Source: Geosiphon pyriformis uo1 (lineage: Eukaryota > Fungi > Glomeromycota). Taken from it: 64,000 bases of DNA. The stretch is taken from contig JAAOMT010000400.1 in assembly GCA_016748015.1 (NCBI GenBank), positions 186,001-250,000 on the forward strand, written 5' to 3'. Made by a program: the position numbers and the translations under genes. Under the pieces are notes generated by a model. It saw nothing but the letters and a program-made list of their open reading frames with translations. It searched no databases and had not been told where the DNA came from. Each line of letters opens with the position of its first letter. Positions within the stretch are counted from its first letter, which is position 1. Below, piece after piece: positions 1 to 11,079 of the stretch.

Positions 1-1095
1 CATTGAGGGATCCATTACCACTACCTACATTAGCGTTGCCATTGGCGGATCCATTGCCACTACCAGTGTTTTTGTTTCCGTTGGCAGATCCATTATTACT
101 GCCTACATTAGCATTGCCATTGGCGGATCCGTTACCACTGCCCGTGTTACCATTTCCATTGGCGGATCCATTGCCACTACCTTTGTTTCCGTTTCCATTA
201 TTAGAGCCGTTTCCATTACCGGTGTTTCCATTACCATTTCCGGATCCGTTACCACTACCGGTGTTGCCATTTCCACTATTAGATCCGTTGCCACTACCTT
301 TGTTTCCGTTTCCATTATTGGATCCGTTCCCACTACCAATGTTCCCGTTTCCATTATTAGAACCGTTTCCATTACCGGTGTTTCCATTACCGTTGTTTGA
401 TCCGTTCCCACTAGCACTCTCAGTTTTTCCGTTATTAGTCCAGGTGGTGGCCCAGTCATAATTCCAATTTGTACCAGAATCAGAACTCCATTTATTTGCA
501 TTATTCCAATTGTAGTTATAGTTATAGTCATAGCCGTTTTTGTTGGCTCCCGTGTTACCATTTCCATTGGCGGATCCATTGCCACTACCAGTGTTTTTGT
601 TTCCGTTGCCAGATCCATTATTACTGCCCGTGTTACCATTTCCATTGGCGGATCCATTGCCACTACCTTTGTTTCCGTTTCCATTATTAGAGCCGTTTCC
701 ATTACCGGTGTTTCCATTACCATTGCCGGATCCGTTACCACTACCGGTGTTGCCGTTTCCACTATTAGATCCATTGCCACTACCTTTGTTTCCGTTTCCA
801 TTATTAGAGCCGTTTCCATTACCGGTGTTTCCATTACCATTTCCGGATCCGTTACCACTACCGGTGTTGCCGTTTCCATTACCGGAACCATTGCCATTGC
901 CGGTGTTACCGTTTCCGTTATTAGATCCGTTGCCATTGCCGGTGTTTCCATTTCCATTACCAGATCCGTTGCCACTACCAGTATTTCCATTACCGTTGTT
1001 TGATCCGTTACCACTACCAACGTTACCGTTTCCATTATTAGAACCGTTGCCACTGCCGATATTTCCGTTACCATTGTTTGATCCGTTGCCGCTAG
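1..1095 (-). repeat. 39-bp coding tandem repeat (G[S/N]GNGS[N/G/A]NGNGN[T/K/V/I]), two blocks split by an aromatic linker at ~415-545
   Basis: 13-residue periodicity in the translation and in the antisense ORFs (PLPLPVFPLPLFD units). Confidence 0.95.
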
Positions 1096-1213
1096 CAGGC
1101 AATGTTGCTATTGATGTTCTCTTGTCCAATGGTCGAGCATCAGCCGACCTAATTGCAAGGATTGCAACTGCTATGCACGAAAAGGCATGCAGGGCTATAA
1201 ATTTTTTCGTCAT
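1..1213 (-). CDS. Secreted Gly/Asn/Ser-rich tandem-repeat protein (3'-partial, runs off window edge)
   Basis: ATG at 1213. Manual translation MTKKFIALHAFSCIAVAILAIRSADARPLDKRTSIATLPASGNGSNNGNGNIGSGNGS... gives a hydrophobic signal peptide, a dibasic KR site, then 13-aa repeats. The frame stays open to base 1 (>=404 codons). It is absent from the ORF track, probably because there is no stop in the window. The Pro/Leu ORFs on + are its antisense shadow. Confidence 0.85.
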   Translation of the reverse strand, partial: MTKKFIALHAFSCIAVAILAIRSADARPLDKRTSIATLPASGNGSNNGNGNIGSGNGSNNGNGNVGSGNGSNNGNGNTGSGNGSGNGNGNTGNGNGSNNGNGNTGNGNGSGNGNGNTGSGNGSGNGNGNTGNGNGSNNGNGNKGSGNGSNSGNGNTGSGNGSGNGNGNTGNGNGSNNGNGNKGSGNGSANGNGNTGSNNGSGNGNKNTGSGNGSANGNGNTGANKNGYDYNYNYNWNNANKWSSDSGTNWNYDWATTWTNNGKTESASGNGSNNGNGNTGNGNGSNNGNGNIGSGNGSNNGNGNKGSGNGSNSGNGNTGSGNGSGNGNGNTGNGNGSNNGNGNKGSGNGSANGNGNTGSGNGSANGNANVGSNNGSANGNKNTGSGNGSANGNANVGSGNGSLN

Positions 1214-1815
1214 TATTAATTTTGTAAAAAAGTAATACCTCTTATGTGGTTTGGTAAAGATATTGGAAATAACTCCCTCTTTTATAAAAGATCAAATGCC
1301 ATATGGTTCTAAGAAAGTTGGGCTATGACGGCTGTGTGATTTTAAGCGCCCCGAGTGGCTATTCCTCATTTAATAATTTAGATAATGTAATAATTTAGAT
1401 AATGTCATAAATGAGAGGCACAATATTCGATAATAACTGATTTGATAATTTTTGAGCTAAAACGGTTAATTGGATTCTACTTCCTGATTTTTACGGTTAA
1501 CTCTCATTATCCCACCCCACGAAGCCCAAGCTTTTTTACGATCTAATATCCTGATTCAAAAAAAAAAAAAAATTAAAAAATTAAAAATTTACTTTGAGTA
1601 GTTTAATCCACGAGAAAAGTCCACTGTTTTTCTTTAATTTAAGCCCAAGAATATATAACTTAACAGTTATCACAAGGTCACGATAATTGCATAAGTTGTT
1701 TATATAGAGGGACTTTAGGGTAAATTTTCTTCTTCATAGTTGTGTGTGGTTAACCATTTTGTGTGTTAATATTATCAACTAAGGACAATTTCGCTTGAAA
1801 AAATTCAAATTCTTG

Positions 1816-1823
<8 letters not shown>

Positions 1824-1860
<37 letters not shown>
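1824..1860. repeat. Poly(T) tract, 37 nt
   Basis: Directly visible. Confidence 0.95.
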
Positions 1861-1861
<1 letters not shown>

Positions 1862-2964
1862 ATCATTAGTTCACAGCCATTTGCAAAGCCATGAGTTTTG
1901 ATTATAACAGATCGTCTTTTTAAAAACAAATCCAGAATTTATGGCTTTTGATCTTCCAAATAAAAATAGTTTGGCAAGATTTTTTAAATAATTAATTATA
2001 ATTTCACTCTTTTCGTCCAGGCAGAAAGTAAGTAAGGAACTACCTGCTCTTTCCAATGTTTGTGGCGGCAAAAGCATAATTAATTAAAAATAAAATAAAA
2101 TAAAATAAAATAGTTAAAGCATAAATTTTAACCAAACATTTAATGGTAACTTTTGGCTTTAATTTTTGTACCATCTTTAATCCGGATATAGACTTGCTGG
2201 AATCTTCCATAGCCATAATTTCTTTCTGTTCAATCAAAACCTCATTTGTTCAATACAATATATATTTTTTTATATTTCAAAAGAAAATCTAGGCTGCAAA
2301 GAATTGTTCTTTGTTAAATGTAAAAGCCAATTATTTTGTTGTATAAATGAAATAAACAATTACAACATTTTTAAACTTGTGAAAGATCGAAAATCTATTA
2401 CTTTTCAGTTTTTATCATACTTGAAACCATAAAATTTTAATCATTTGTTCGATAACTAAATTTATATATATATATATATATCATGAAAAAAAAATTTCAG
2501 TTTTCTCTTTAAATATTTAAAAATAAATAATAAATAATAATAATAATTATTTTGTAATCGATATAATTAATATATATATATATATTATGTATGAAATTCT
2601 ATTAGAACTTAGAAATGTTATAAACAAAATTTTATCTTAAATAAGGAATTTTTAGAAAATAGTCTTCTTTGGATCAATTCTATTCTAAAATATTCTAAAT
2701 GATTTAAACGTATTAATTTTGATTAACCTAATTGTAAATAAATAAATAAATAAATAAATATCTATTTATTTATTTATTTATTTCATTTTCTATTATATGA
2801 AAATTCATATCTTTATTTTTGAAATTCTATTTTAATTTTAAATTGTTGACTTAATAAAACTTTTTTTATAAAAACAATAAAGAAAAAAAATATTTTTTAT
2901 CATGTATTCTTCCAATAACATTTAAGTTAATATTACTTTTGAAGATTTCTTAATAATAAAAATT

Positions 2965-3065
2965 CCGGGTAGCTGATCACGTGAAGAAAGCGCATGATCC
3001 ACGCCTATTGTAGAACACGTGGAAGGACCTCACTTTGTTAAAGCATTAATAAAAAATAAAATAAA
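2965..3065 (+). mobile_element. ~100-bp SINE-like or extreme 5'-truncated copy of the LINE 3' tail
   Basis: GCTGATCACGTGAAGAAAGCGCATGATCCACG...GGACCTCACTTTGTTAAAGCATTAATAAAA matches the 3' UTRs at 7295-7400, 20535-20645 and 55105-55220, and ends in an A-rich tail. Confidence 0.7.
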
Positions 3066-3690
3066 AATTAATATTTCCCAAATTTCAATGATTTTAGATG
3101 GTAACTTTAATTTTTTACACTGAAAAAAAGGTAAATCTTTTTCAATTAAAACAATTATTTTAAATTCTTAACTGATACAGTCCCGAAAGCACGTTTAACC
3201 AATAGTTCTTAATTGTTCATCCTATCAATAAAACCTTGGAAATCTTCATATTGCTATTTTAACCATGAAAATCAAAAGTCAATTTTCAAATATATATATA
3301 TATGAAATTGTGTTGAATTTAATGCATAAGCTATTTCAAAAAAATTATATATTGGTTACTTGACGCGATTCGAAGCATCTCCTGTACGATAAAAATTTTT
3401 ATCAATCGGGTCCTGCTTTGTCCATGTAGTTAGGAAACAAATCTAAAGGTTAGGATTGGGAATTCGTCAGGTTGAGCCTTAAATGAACAAATATTATTAA
3501 TCAACAAAATTAGATTTTTAAAAGTATACTTCAAACGATTTTTTGGGTTAAATTATTTCTTTAATATCTTATGTTAATTTTTTGGTTGTATTTTTTAATT
3601 AAAAACTACATTTTTTTTTTTCAAAATATTAATTTTTTATTTTTTATTTAATTATTATTTTTTTTCTAAATTAATTTTACAATTGCAAAT

Positions 3691-3714
3691 ATTATTATTA
3701 TTATTATTATTATT

Positions 3715-3759
<45 letters not shown>
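3691..3759. repeat. Compound microsatellite (ATT)9(GTT)14
   Basis: Directly visible. Confidence 0.95.
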
Positions 3760-3760
<1 letters not shown>

Positions 3761-4129
3761 TAATCTTTTTTTTTACTACTTTTCTAATATTTTTTATTAT
3801 TATTGCTTTTATGTTTTTTTTTTGTTTTTTTAAATAATTAAATTAATTATAAATTATTTAAAGCAAAAAACATTTATAATATTCTTATATTAATTATTAA
3901 TTTGCTCAACTTACACATTTCAAATCTATTTATTAACTCCCAATTAGAATTTGTAAATAAATTGTTAAAACATAATTCAAACTAATTATTTTATTTATAT
4001 CTGAAATATTTTATTAAATTTTCACGGTATATTTCAAATCATTTTATAATCAATAATTTTATGTTCATGAAAGCCTGCTGATTTTTAACGTTTTGCTTTG
4101 ACAATAATGAATATTTATTTTATTTTATT

Positions 4130-4160
<31 letters not shown>

Positions 4161-4981
4161 TTATTTCGTTAAACACAGCTTTTAAATAGAGTTTATAGAA
4201 TTGAATTACTAGTTTTTCGTTTCATTCTTCATCAAATTACACCAATTTATCAATGAAATTTAGTAAACCATTTGAAAATTATCAATTTAACAGATAACTG
4301 AATATAAAGTTGTAAAAAGAATATATCAATATATCAACTAAAACTTAATTTAAAAGATGCATTAATAATTTAAGTGGTCTGGAAATTTTATTAAATAAAT
4401 TTAGTATTATTTTTAAAGTGGTCAGAAATTGTTATAAATATGTCAAGTTTTTGTTTTTTTTATACAATTGAAAAAAAAAAAAAAAAATTAAATGATTTTT
4501 CTCCACTCTTTTTTATGTTTTCCTAATAAATAATTATTATTAAGAAAAAAAAAACTTCTCCTATTCTTTGCACTAAAATTTTCACCCATTCTTGTTAAGA
4601 TTCTGTGAAATTAAACTAGAACGCCAAGGATTTCTTTATTTACCCCCAAGAAAGATTTCCCATTTCCCATCATTTTATGTCTTCTGGTTAAGGTAGCTAT
4701 TCTTATGGTTATCTTTTTTTTAATTGCTGGAAAAACATTAGCCCGTCTGAAGTTTGTGGAAAACTGTAACCTTCTGAATCTATCGCGTCAAAAAACCCAT
4801 ATATCACGTGATACTGGTCATATTTATCCCAATCAATTAGGAAACGCGTTCGAATCAAACGTATTTAACACTGGTCTTTTTCTCCAAGGTAAAACTCTTT
4901 TACTTATAGGACTTAGTTTGCAACTCTCTCAAATCAATATTCAATAGTCAAATTCTCAAAACCGCTTTTTCTTCCCAACAA

Positions 4982-6610
4982 ATGAATAACTTAAACAGAA
5001 AAAGGCCGATTGAGAATGTAGAACCTTCTGGGCCTAGTTCCTCACCTCTTCCTAGTCTTGACAGGAAACGACAGAAGAAAGACCTTGTACCTTTTTTTCA
5101 AAATCTTTGTCTCGGAAAAAGTTTTTCGTTTTTCAATAACTGATAACCCCAATTTTTATGCTATTCAAGGTTTGGCCTCCACATATCGAAGAAGCACTCA
5201 TTGAAGGTGAATTTCCGAGTTGGAAAATTCTTCGATTAGGAGAATTTCTCTCTTATTTTAATTACTGAACCGTGTTTGTCTTTCACCAGCCCTGAGTAAC
5301 GTCCCTCGAATCGGACGAAATAAAGTGAATCATGGAGGAAAATTATGTGGTGAGTTGGTGTGACATTTTGAAAAGTAGTCAGTACACGCGTTTCAATAAT
5401 ATCTTAACTTCGAGTGGCCGTCCCTTGTCAAAATATCGTCGATCAAAGAGGCAATCTTTACATTTAATAATTAATTCCTATTAAGATTCTCAGATTCACC
5501 ATCTCTTATTATCCCTTGTGTGAAGCTCTGATTCAAATTTCATCGCTGATATCTCAATATTCTTCCTGATAGGAAGGAACGAGCTTATCGCTCACTATAT
5601 TACAAAAAAAACTGGTCAAATTCGAACTAGAAAGCAGATTTCGTCCCGAATTCAGACCTTAAAAAAGGCATGGAAGGTTTGTCATTTTTAATTTTTTCTA
5701 TCAACTTTATTAAAGCCATCGATAATAAATTGAATATTAATCTTTAATCTTTCGCATTTCCACATTAAATGGAATATTTACTATTAGAACAATGAGACTA
5801 GTAAATATATTTTAAAATTGAAATCTTTTAAAATAATAAATTTAAAAAATATTCACCATAATTCTTTCTCTTTTAGAACTGGCTCTCTTAACCGAGATCC
5901 CATCTATTGATATCCCAGATAGTCAGACCTACATAGGTTCATGTAGTTCAGCTGCTCCCACTTCAAAGTCGACGGCCCCTTTCTTTTTTGAAGTGTTAAC
6001 TCCTGAAAGCTTCCAAGAGAAAAAGGATGGTTGGGGTTGTCGGCAAAGAATGTCGGGAGTTGTGGACGTGGATACCACCCAAGATCAGCCTATAATTTTT
6101 CCTGCTTCGTGTGACACCCTCGCGACTGGTTTTAACCTTGCTACTCAGGTCGTTGCCGAAAATGCCATCTTCGCCCTAGATGAGTACTTTGACCACCGAA
6201 TATCCGTTGGTGATCCTGAGACCTCCGGTGAGGAGGTTATATTTGGCTTCGACCTTGAAGCCTCCAGTATTGACGATATTTCCGGTAGTCAGGTACAGCC
6301 CCCGAACGATATTCTCTTCGCCTACGATCTGGTAGCCACCCCCATATCCCACCTTTCTGAGGAGGCTAAATCTGAAAGTAGTCTCGGCTGCTCTTCGATG
6401 ACCTACAACGATAACGAATTTGGGCTGCTTGAACTAGATTCTTTGCTCAATGGCAAACCGGTCCCCATCTCAGCCAGCACTGAGCCTTGCGACCTATTTG
6501 ACCAAGAATATGTCCAAGAGTTTAGGTTAGAGGAAATCCTGACTTCTTTAGGAGCCCCACCCATTGATTTAGGTACCTCGCTTTCCAATAGCCTATATAA
6601 TATTAGCTAA
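4982..6610 (+). CDS. TEA/ATTS-domain transcription factor (Tec1/AbaA family); exons 4982-5086, 5170-5206, 5290-5349, 5573-5676, 5788-5800, 5877-6610
   Basis: Spliced translation gives VWPPHIEEALIEAL...GRNK...LCGRNELIAHYITKKTGQIRTRKQISSRIQTLK, the TEA signature (VW..., GRNELI..YI...TG..RTRKQVSSHIQVL). GT-AG introns, basic NLS-like N-terminus, acidic C-terminal region (ORF 5993-6610). Confidence 0.9.
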
Positions 6611-7026
6611 AGGATTTTTTGCCGTGTTTAGGATTTACTGGAACTCTGGCTAGATTTTGTATAATAAAATAGTTTAGCAGAGTTTGAAAAATATCGGGTT
6701 TTTTATTGTTCTTATGTTGTCGTCATAATCAAAATGATTAGAACCCAGCAGATGAGATAATTATGAACGTATGAGTTTCTGAGAAATTTTAATGTGCCAA
6801 TTTACCTGCAATAAGAATGAAGTAAATAACTAAAGTGTGTTCAAATATCTTGCCTTATTTCAATTTTTTGAAAAATATCTGGGGCGTAGCATAAGAAAAA
6901 AATTGAATCTTTATGATGACATTGCCTTAACATATTTTCAAGAATGCTGGAATTAATCATAAAACATTTGACCTAAATTTTCTTTAATTGCTGCTTAAAT
7001 TAGATTAAATTTTTTATTGTTATTTC

Positions 7027-7405
7027 TTAGTGGTAGTTGATTTTGTTTACCATTTGGCTAAGAGACATTGGAACAAGATGTGATTGTTTAGATCAAAATT
7101 CAGAGTAGATATGAAGAAAAGTAAACTGGTTGGTAATACAAGGATTTTGCTTAAGGTTTCACATAATTTGTCTAGACTTTTTATCAGCTGGAATGGTTTA
7201 TTTGCTTGGTATAGTAGGATTATGCAAGGCTTGTTCGTTTGGATAATAGTGTAAAGATTTGAGTGAGTATGTAGTGTTGCCTTGATTGGTTCGAGTGACT
7301 GGTCACGTGTAGAAAGCGCATGAGTCACGTCTAGTTAGGATCACTTAATTTGTTTCTGTATACTAGATAGTGGTTGGGCTGCACTCGTAAATAATAATAA
7401 TAAAA
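7027..7405 (+). mobile_element. 5'-truncated LINE fragment (ORF2 C-terminus + 3' UTR + (AAT)n tail)
   Basis: Translates VVVDFVYHLAKRHWNKM*LFRSKFRVDMKKSKLVG...SAGMVYLLG, matching the ORF2 end at 20240-20420. Followed by the conserved tail GAGTGACTGGTCACGTGTAGAAAGCGCATGAGTC...GCACTCGTAAATAATAATAA. Confidence 0.85.
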
Positions 7406-7797
7406 ATGACATTTAATCATTTTTTGTAGATTAATACCAATTTTGATTAATATAATTAGCCAATAATAATAATTAATTAAAAATGGATATGAAAATTAAT
7501 AAATTATAAGAATTATAAGAAATTAAAATAATTCTAATTTTCAACTTTGACAGTTTAATACACTTAACGACTTGTGTATATGTAAAAAGAAATTAATATT
7601 TATTAATTGTGATAATAATAGTATTGATAAATATAACAATAAATTTAAAATATAATGAAAAAATAGTTACACCACTCGAGCTATAATATGGATCCTCACT
7701 TTTCAAAGTATACGCAATTCTTAAAATCGAAGATGATAGTACGAAAAGTGGGACTGCCAACGGCCCATTATATCTAAATTTTTATGTTCATTCTTAC

Positions 7798-7917
7798 CAC
7801 AACTTGAGTGTATCCAAAGTGTTTTGCTATCCTCAATGCAAAACAGAACTCGATAGGGATATCAATAGTGCTCGCAACATTCTCCTTCACTACCTTACTA
7901 AAAACGAGTTGTTTTAG
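7798..7917 (+). pseudogene. Fanzor/TnpB (IS607-type, Fanzor2-like) C-terminal remnant: Zn-finger half + RuvC-III
   Basis: Reads HNLSVSKVFCYPQCKTELDRDINSARNILLHYLTKNELF*, matching the TnpB/Fanzor C-terminal motif K.F.C..C....DRD.N.ARNI. Most deviations (FCY for FRC, NS for NG, H for R) are single C>T/G>A changes. Confidence 0.8.
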
Positions 7918-8030
7918 GCTGAAGTGGGAGTCTACTGCCTTACAGGACTTTTATATTACCTAATTAAAACTTTACTTAATAATGTGAAGTTTTATTAGGA
8001 ATGATAGGTTCTAATGTAGGCGTTATATAG
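7915..8030 (+). ncRNA. Putative omegaRNA-like / right-end structured region of the Fanzor mini-element
   Basis: Imperfect hairpin 7937-8021 with core CCTAATTAAAACTTTAC (7959-7975) / GTGAAGTTTTATTAGG (7984-7999), directly downstream of the TnpB-like stop codon. Confidence 0.45.
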
Positions 8031-8135
8031 AAAGAGCTACAGGATATCTTATTGGATTCGTTTATCACTTTTATTTCAACTCAAGATATTGGTATTGGAC
8101 GCACCAGATTTTATTCAATTATACCTATTCGCCTA

Positions 8136-9498
8136 TCAACTATTTGATGACCCAGATGGTTTCTTCTTCTTTTCTGCTTCTTCTTCCTTTTGTCTTTCGA
8201 TTTCACTAACAATCGCTTCAACTTCCTCAATTTCCATATTCTGAAGGTGTAATGTATGGTAAATACGGGAGGTATTGTACATCTAATGATATTATGGGGC
8301 GCAGTTGTCTACATTACCTTAATAACGCTATCAGAAGTCATTACGGCTATTTCGATATTCTTGGCACCTGTTTGAACCACCTGGAGAAAAATACCTTTTC
8401 ATGATTTGAAATCTGAGAAAAAATGGCAAAAAATTATTTTTTGTAACTGACCTCAAGAAGAGACTTGACTGCCAGTTTAACTGCTTCGTCTTTTGGTAAA
8501 TCTTCTTTGTAGTTTTTCTCTAGAAACTCTAGGACTGTTTTTGAGCTTCGACCTATGGCGTTTGCCTAGAAAGAAAATTATAATGATTAGGGTGCCAGTA
8601 AAAGGCTAACAATATTGAATTTTTCTGTATAAAAACCTACTTTCCAGGCCGAGTATATCCCGGATGGATCAGTTTGATAAAGTCTGGGTATTTTCTCATT
8701 CGGATCAAAGCCAATAATGAGTGTTGATATGCCAAAAGGCCGTACACCACCACTTTGCGTGTATTTCTAAATTAAAAAATCGATTAATAAAATAACCCTG
8801 ATAATATTGAAGGTATCTGCAAATTTTACCTGCTGAATACTAGCAATGTGACGTGTAATATATTCAACTGTAACAGGATCTTCGACTGTAAGTCGATGAC
8901 TTTGACATTCGATCCGGGCCTTATTTACAAGTACACGTGCGTCAGCACTCAGGCCTAGTTAATTAAAGAGAGTGAATTTTGATTGAGGAAATAAATTTGT
9001 GCGCTTGAGGTTTATAACTTATGTAGAAGACTTACCAGCAAAAGCCATGCATATGTGATCATCAAGCATTACAATTTTCCGAACGGTACGTGGATCTTGC
9101 AACTTCAACACTGATTTCTTTTCCACTCCTAGTACAACACAATTTTGTCCTCGAACTCCAACCTTGATTTAAATATCAAAACGCCAAAAAGGGTTTGAAT
9201 TTTCGTAACTTCAAAAAGTTCATAGATTTCTAAAGCAGTTGCACGGAAACTATTTAACGATGGGGATAAAATTCAAAAGCTGTAATTTGAAGCCATATTG
9301 AAGCGGCTCCAACTTACAGCACAAGTGCCTTTCCTGACAGCTTCCAGGGCATATTCAACCTGGAATAGATGTCCGTCAGGCGAAAAAACGGTTAAAGCTA
9401 AAAAAGTTAAAGTTAAAGTTCTGATTGAATGAAAGAGCAAAGAAATCCTTTGATGTAAGGCAAAGAAAGCCAATACCGCGGTCATAGGAGCCTGCCAT
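8136..9498 (-). CDS. PRE6: 20S proteasome subunit alpha type 7 / alpha4 (multi-exon)
   Basis: [125 protein letters not shown]...[30 protein letters not shown]; ends [11 protein letters not shown] at 8136. Confidence 0.95.
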
Positions 9499-9817
9499 AA
9501 AAATGAACTTTTGAAATTCAGAGAAAATTTTAAGAAAATCTATGATACACGCTTCTATATTATTGTGATCATGACCTATCTCATATCGTGGAGTCATGTT
9601 AACCGGGAATATGACGCCACAAAAAACGCACGACACGCCACGTTTCACTCCCAGTAAAGGAAATTTGATCACTAAAGAAAAAGCATAAATAGAGATACGA
9701 AGCGGGAATACTTTAGTTGCTTTGTTCTTGTTGCGGAAGCCTTTTGCTAATTCAAGTTTTTACTTCACTCATTCGTTTAATTATTCTATTAAAAACTTAT
9801 TTCTTTACACCAATCAA
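9499..9817. promoter_or_regulatory. Bidirectional promoter between PRE6 and TOA2
   Basis: 319 bp between divergent ATGs, with a CpG-retaining core (GACGCCACAAAAAACGCACGACACGCCACG). Confidence 0.6.
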
Positions 9818-10547
9818 ATGAATGTACCCTACGAGCTTTATCGTACAAGCAGGTATGGAAAATGATGGTGAAGGGAAGGTTTTCAAAGTGGCCAAGAGGT
9901 TTGAATTGAGTAATAACCTGAAAGTGTATATTATTAGTATCGGTCAGGCGCTGGCTGATTCGCTTGACGATTTGATTAAGCAAGGCCACATCACTCCTCA
10001 GCTGGCAATGAAAGTTCTTACACAGGTTTGTTTTTTGGGGAATATGGCTTTCATGTATGCGTCTGTAAGCCTGAGGCCTTGTATTGTTTTGATCGAATAT
10101 TTCGGACCACATTATTCTAATTTATCACCCCTTTAACTATGATCTTATCCAACACCAAGTTTGATAAAAGTATAACAGAGGCTTTAGAGACCAAGGTTAA
10201 AAACAAAGCAACATTCAAGGTATCGTCAATTTAATGCTTAATTCTAGTTGGTTCAAAAGTTGACACCAATATATCTTACAATCAAAATACCATCTATGTC
10301 AATGCCGATTAATTATTATTCCACAATACGTATATCGCACCTTATTCCTGAAAACGATTCATTATCCAATGATCCATCAATTGTAAAGGGTGGTCATCTG
10401 CATACATACCGCTTTTGTGACGAGGTGTGGACTTTCATTATCGAGAAACCGAATTTCCGGGTTGATAATAATAATGAGCAGGTTCATGTCGAAAAGATCA
10501 AAATTGTGGCGTGTAATGCAAAGAAACCTGGTGAAACTGAGAAATAA
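9818..10547 (+). CDS. TOA2: Transcription initiation factor IIA gamma subunit; exons 9818-9852, 9938-10025, 10160-10219, 10389-10547
   Basis: [79 protein letters not shown]...KIKIVACN, the TFIIA-gamma signature. Confidence 0.95.
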
Positions 10548-11079
10548 TAAAGAATAAGTTTGTTTTATGATGGTGTTGGCTTCTAATCTTCAATATTTGG
10601 TATGTGTTGGTGAATTTTGTATGGTTAATTTGTGGAATGAAATTAATACTGATAATCAAAAAGACATGGCTATTATTTTACATAGTTTTGGAAGTCTAAT
10701 AATTTTCGCATCAACCTGATATTTTAAGGGTTCGCTATCATTGTCTTATGGATAAAGAACTCTAGCTAATATCATCGACTGGATCAAGCTAATTTACTTA
10801 AAATAGTTGACATCTTTGAGGTTTAGTTATATGAATGAAAATAAAAAATCGGTAAATTCTGTAAGGGCACTATTTGGTGAATCAGACCGAGTCTCTGGGA
10901 ATATCATCCTTTACTCCAGTGGATTGGGACTTGCTTATTGGTTTCATTAAGTTGATCTTCGTTGGTTATGATGTAACAAACGAACATGTAGCATTATAAT
11001 AACCTTGGTTCATTTGACAGGTGATATTTGAATTCATGTTCAAAATACATTTGTAAAGCTACTTTTGATGTTATTAAAT

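Noticed and set aside
1-1095. Regular 39-bp repeats as a CRISPR array
   Set aside because: The units are contiguous coding repeats with no unique spacers, in a eukaryotic context with no cas genes.
3-1235. Pro/Leu-rich + strand ORFs and the MVTE/MET-rich - strand ORF (103-1074)
   Set aside because: Alternative-frame shadows of the Gly/Asn repeat gene. Only the 1213 frame has a signal peptide and stays open throughout.
1824-2237. Short minus-strand ORFs followed by poly(A), as a retrocopy or F-box-like pseudogene
   Set aside because: No TSD or recognisable domain was found, and homopolymer tracts are common here.
4587-4850. CATTCT (TEA site), TATCACGTGATA palindrome and ACGCGT (MCB) upstream of the TEA gene
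   Set aside because: Single short motifs are expected by chance and cannot be supported without conservation data.
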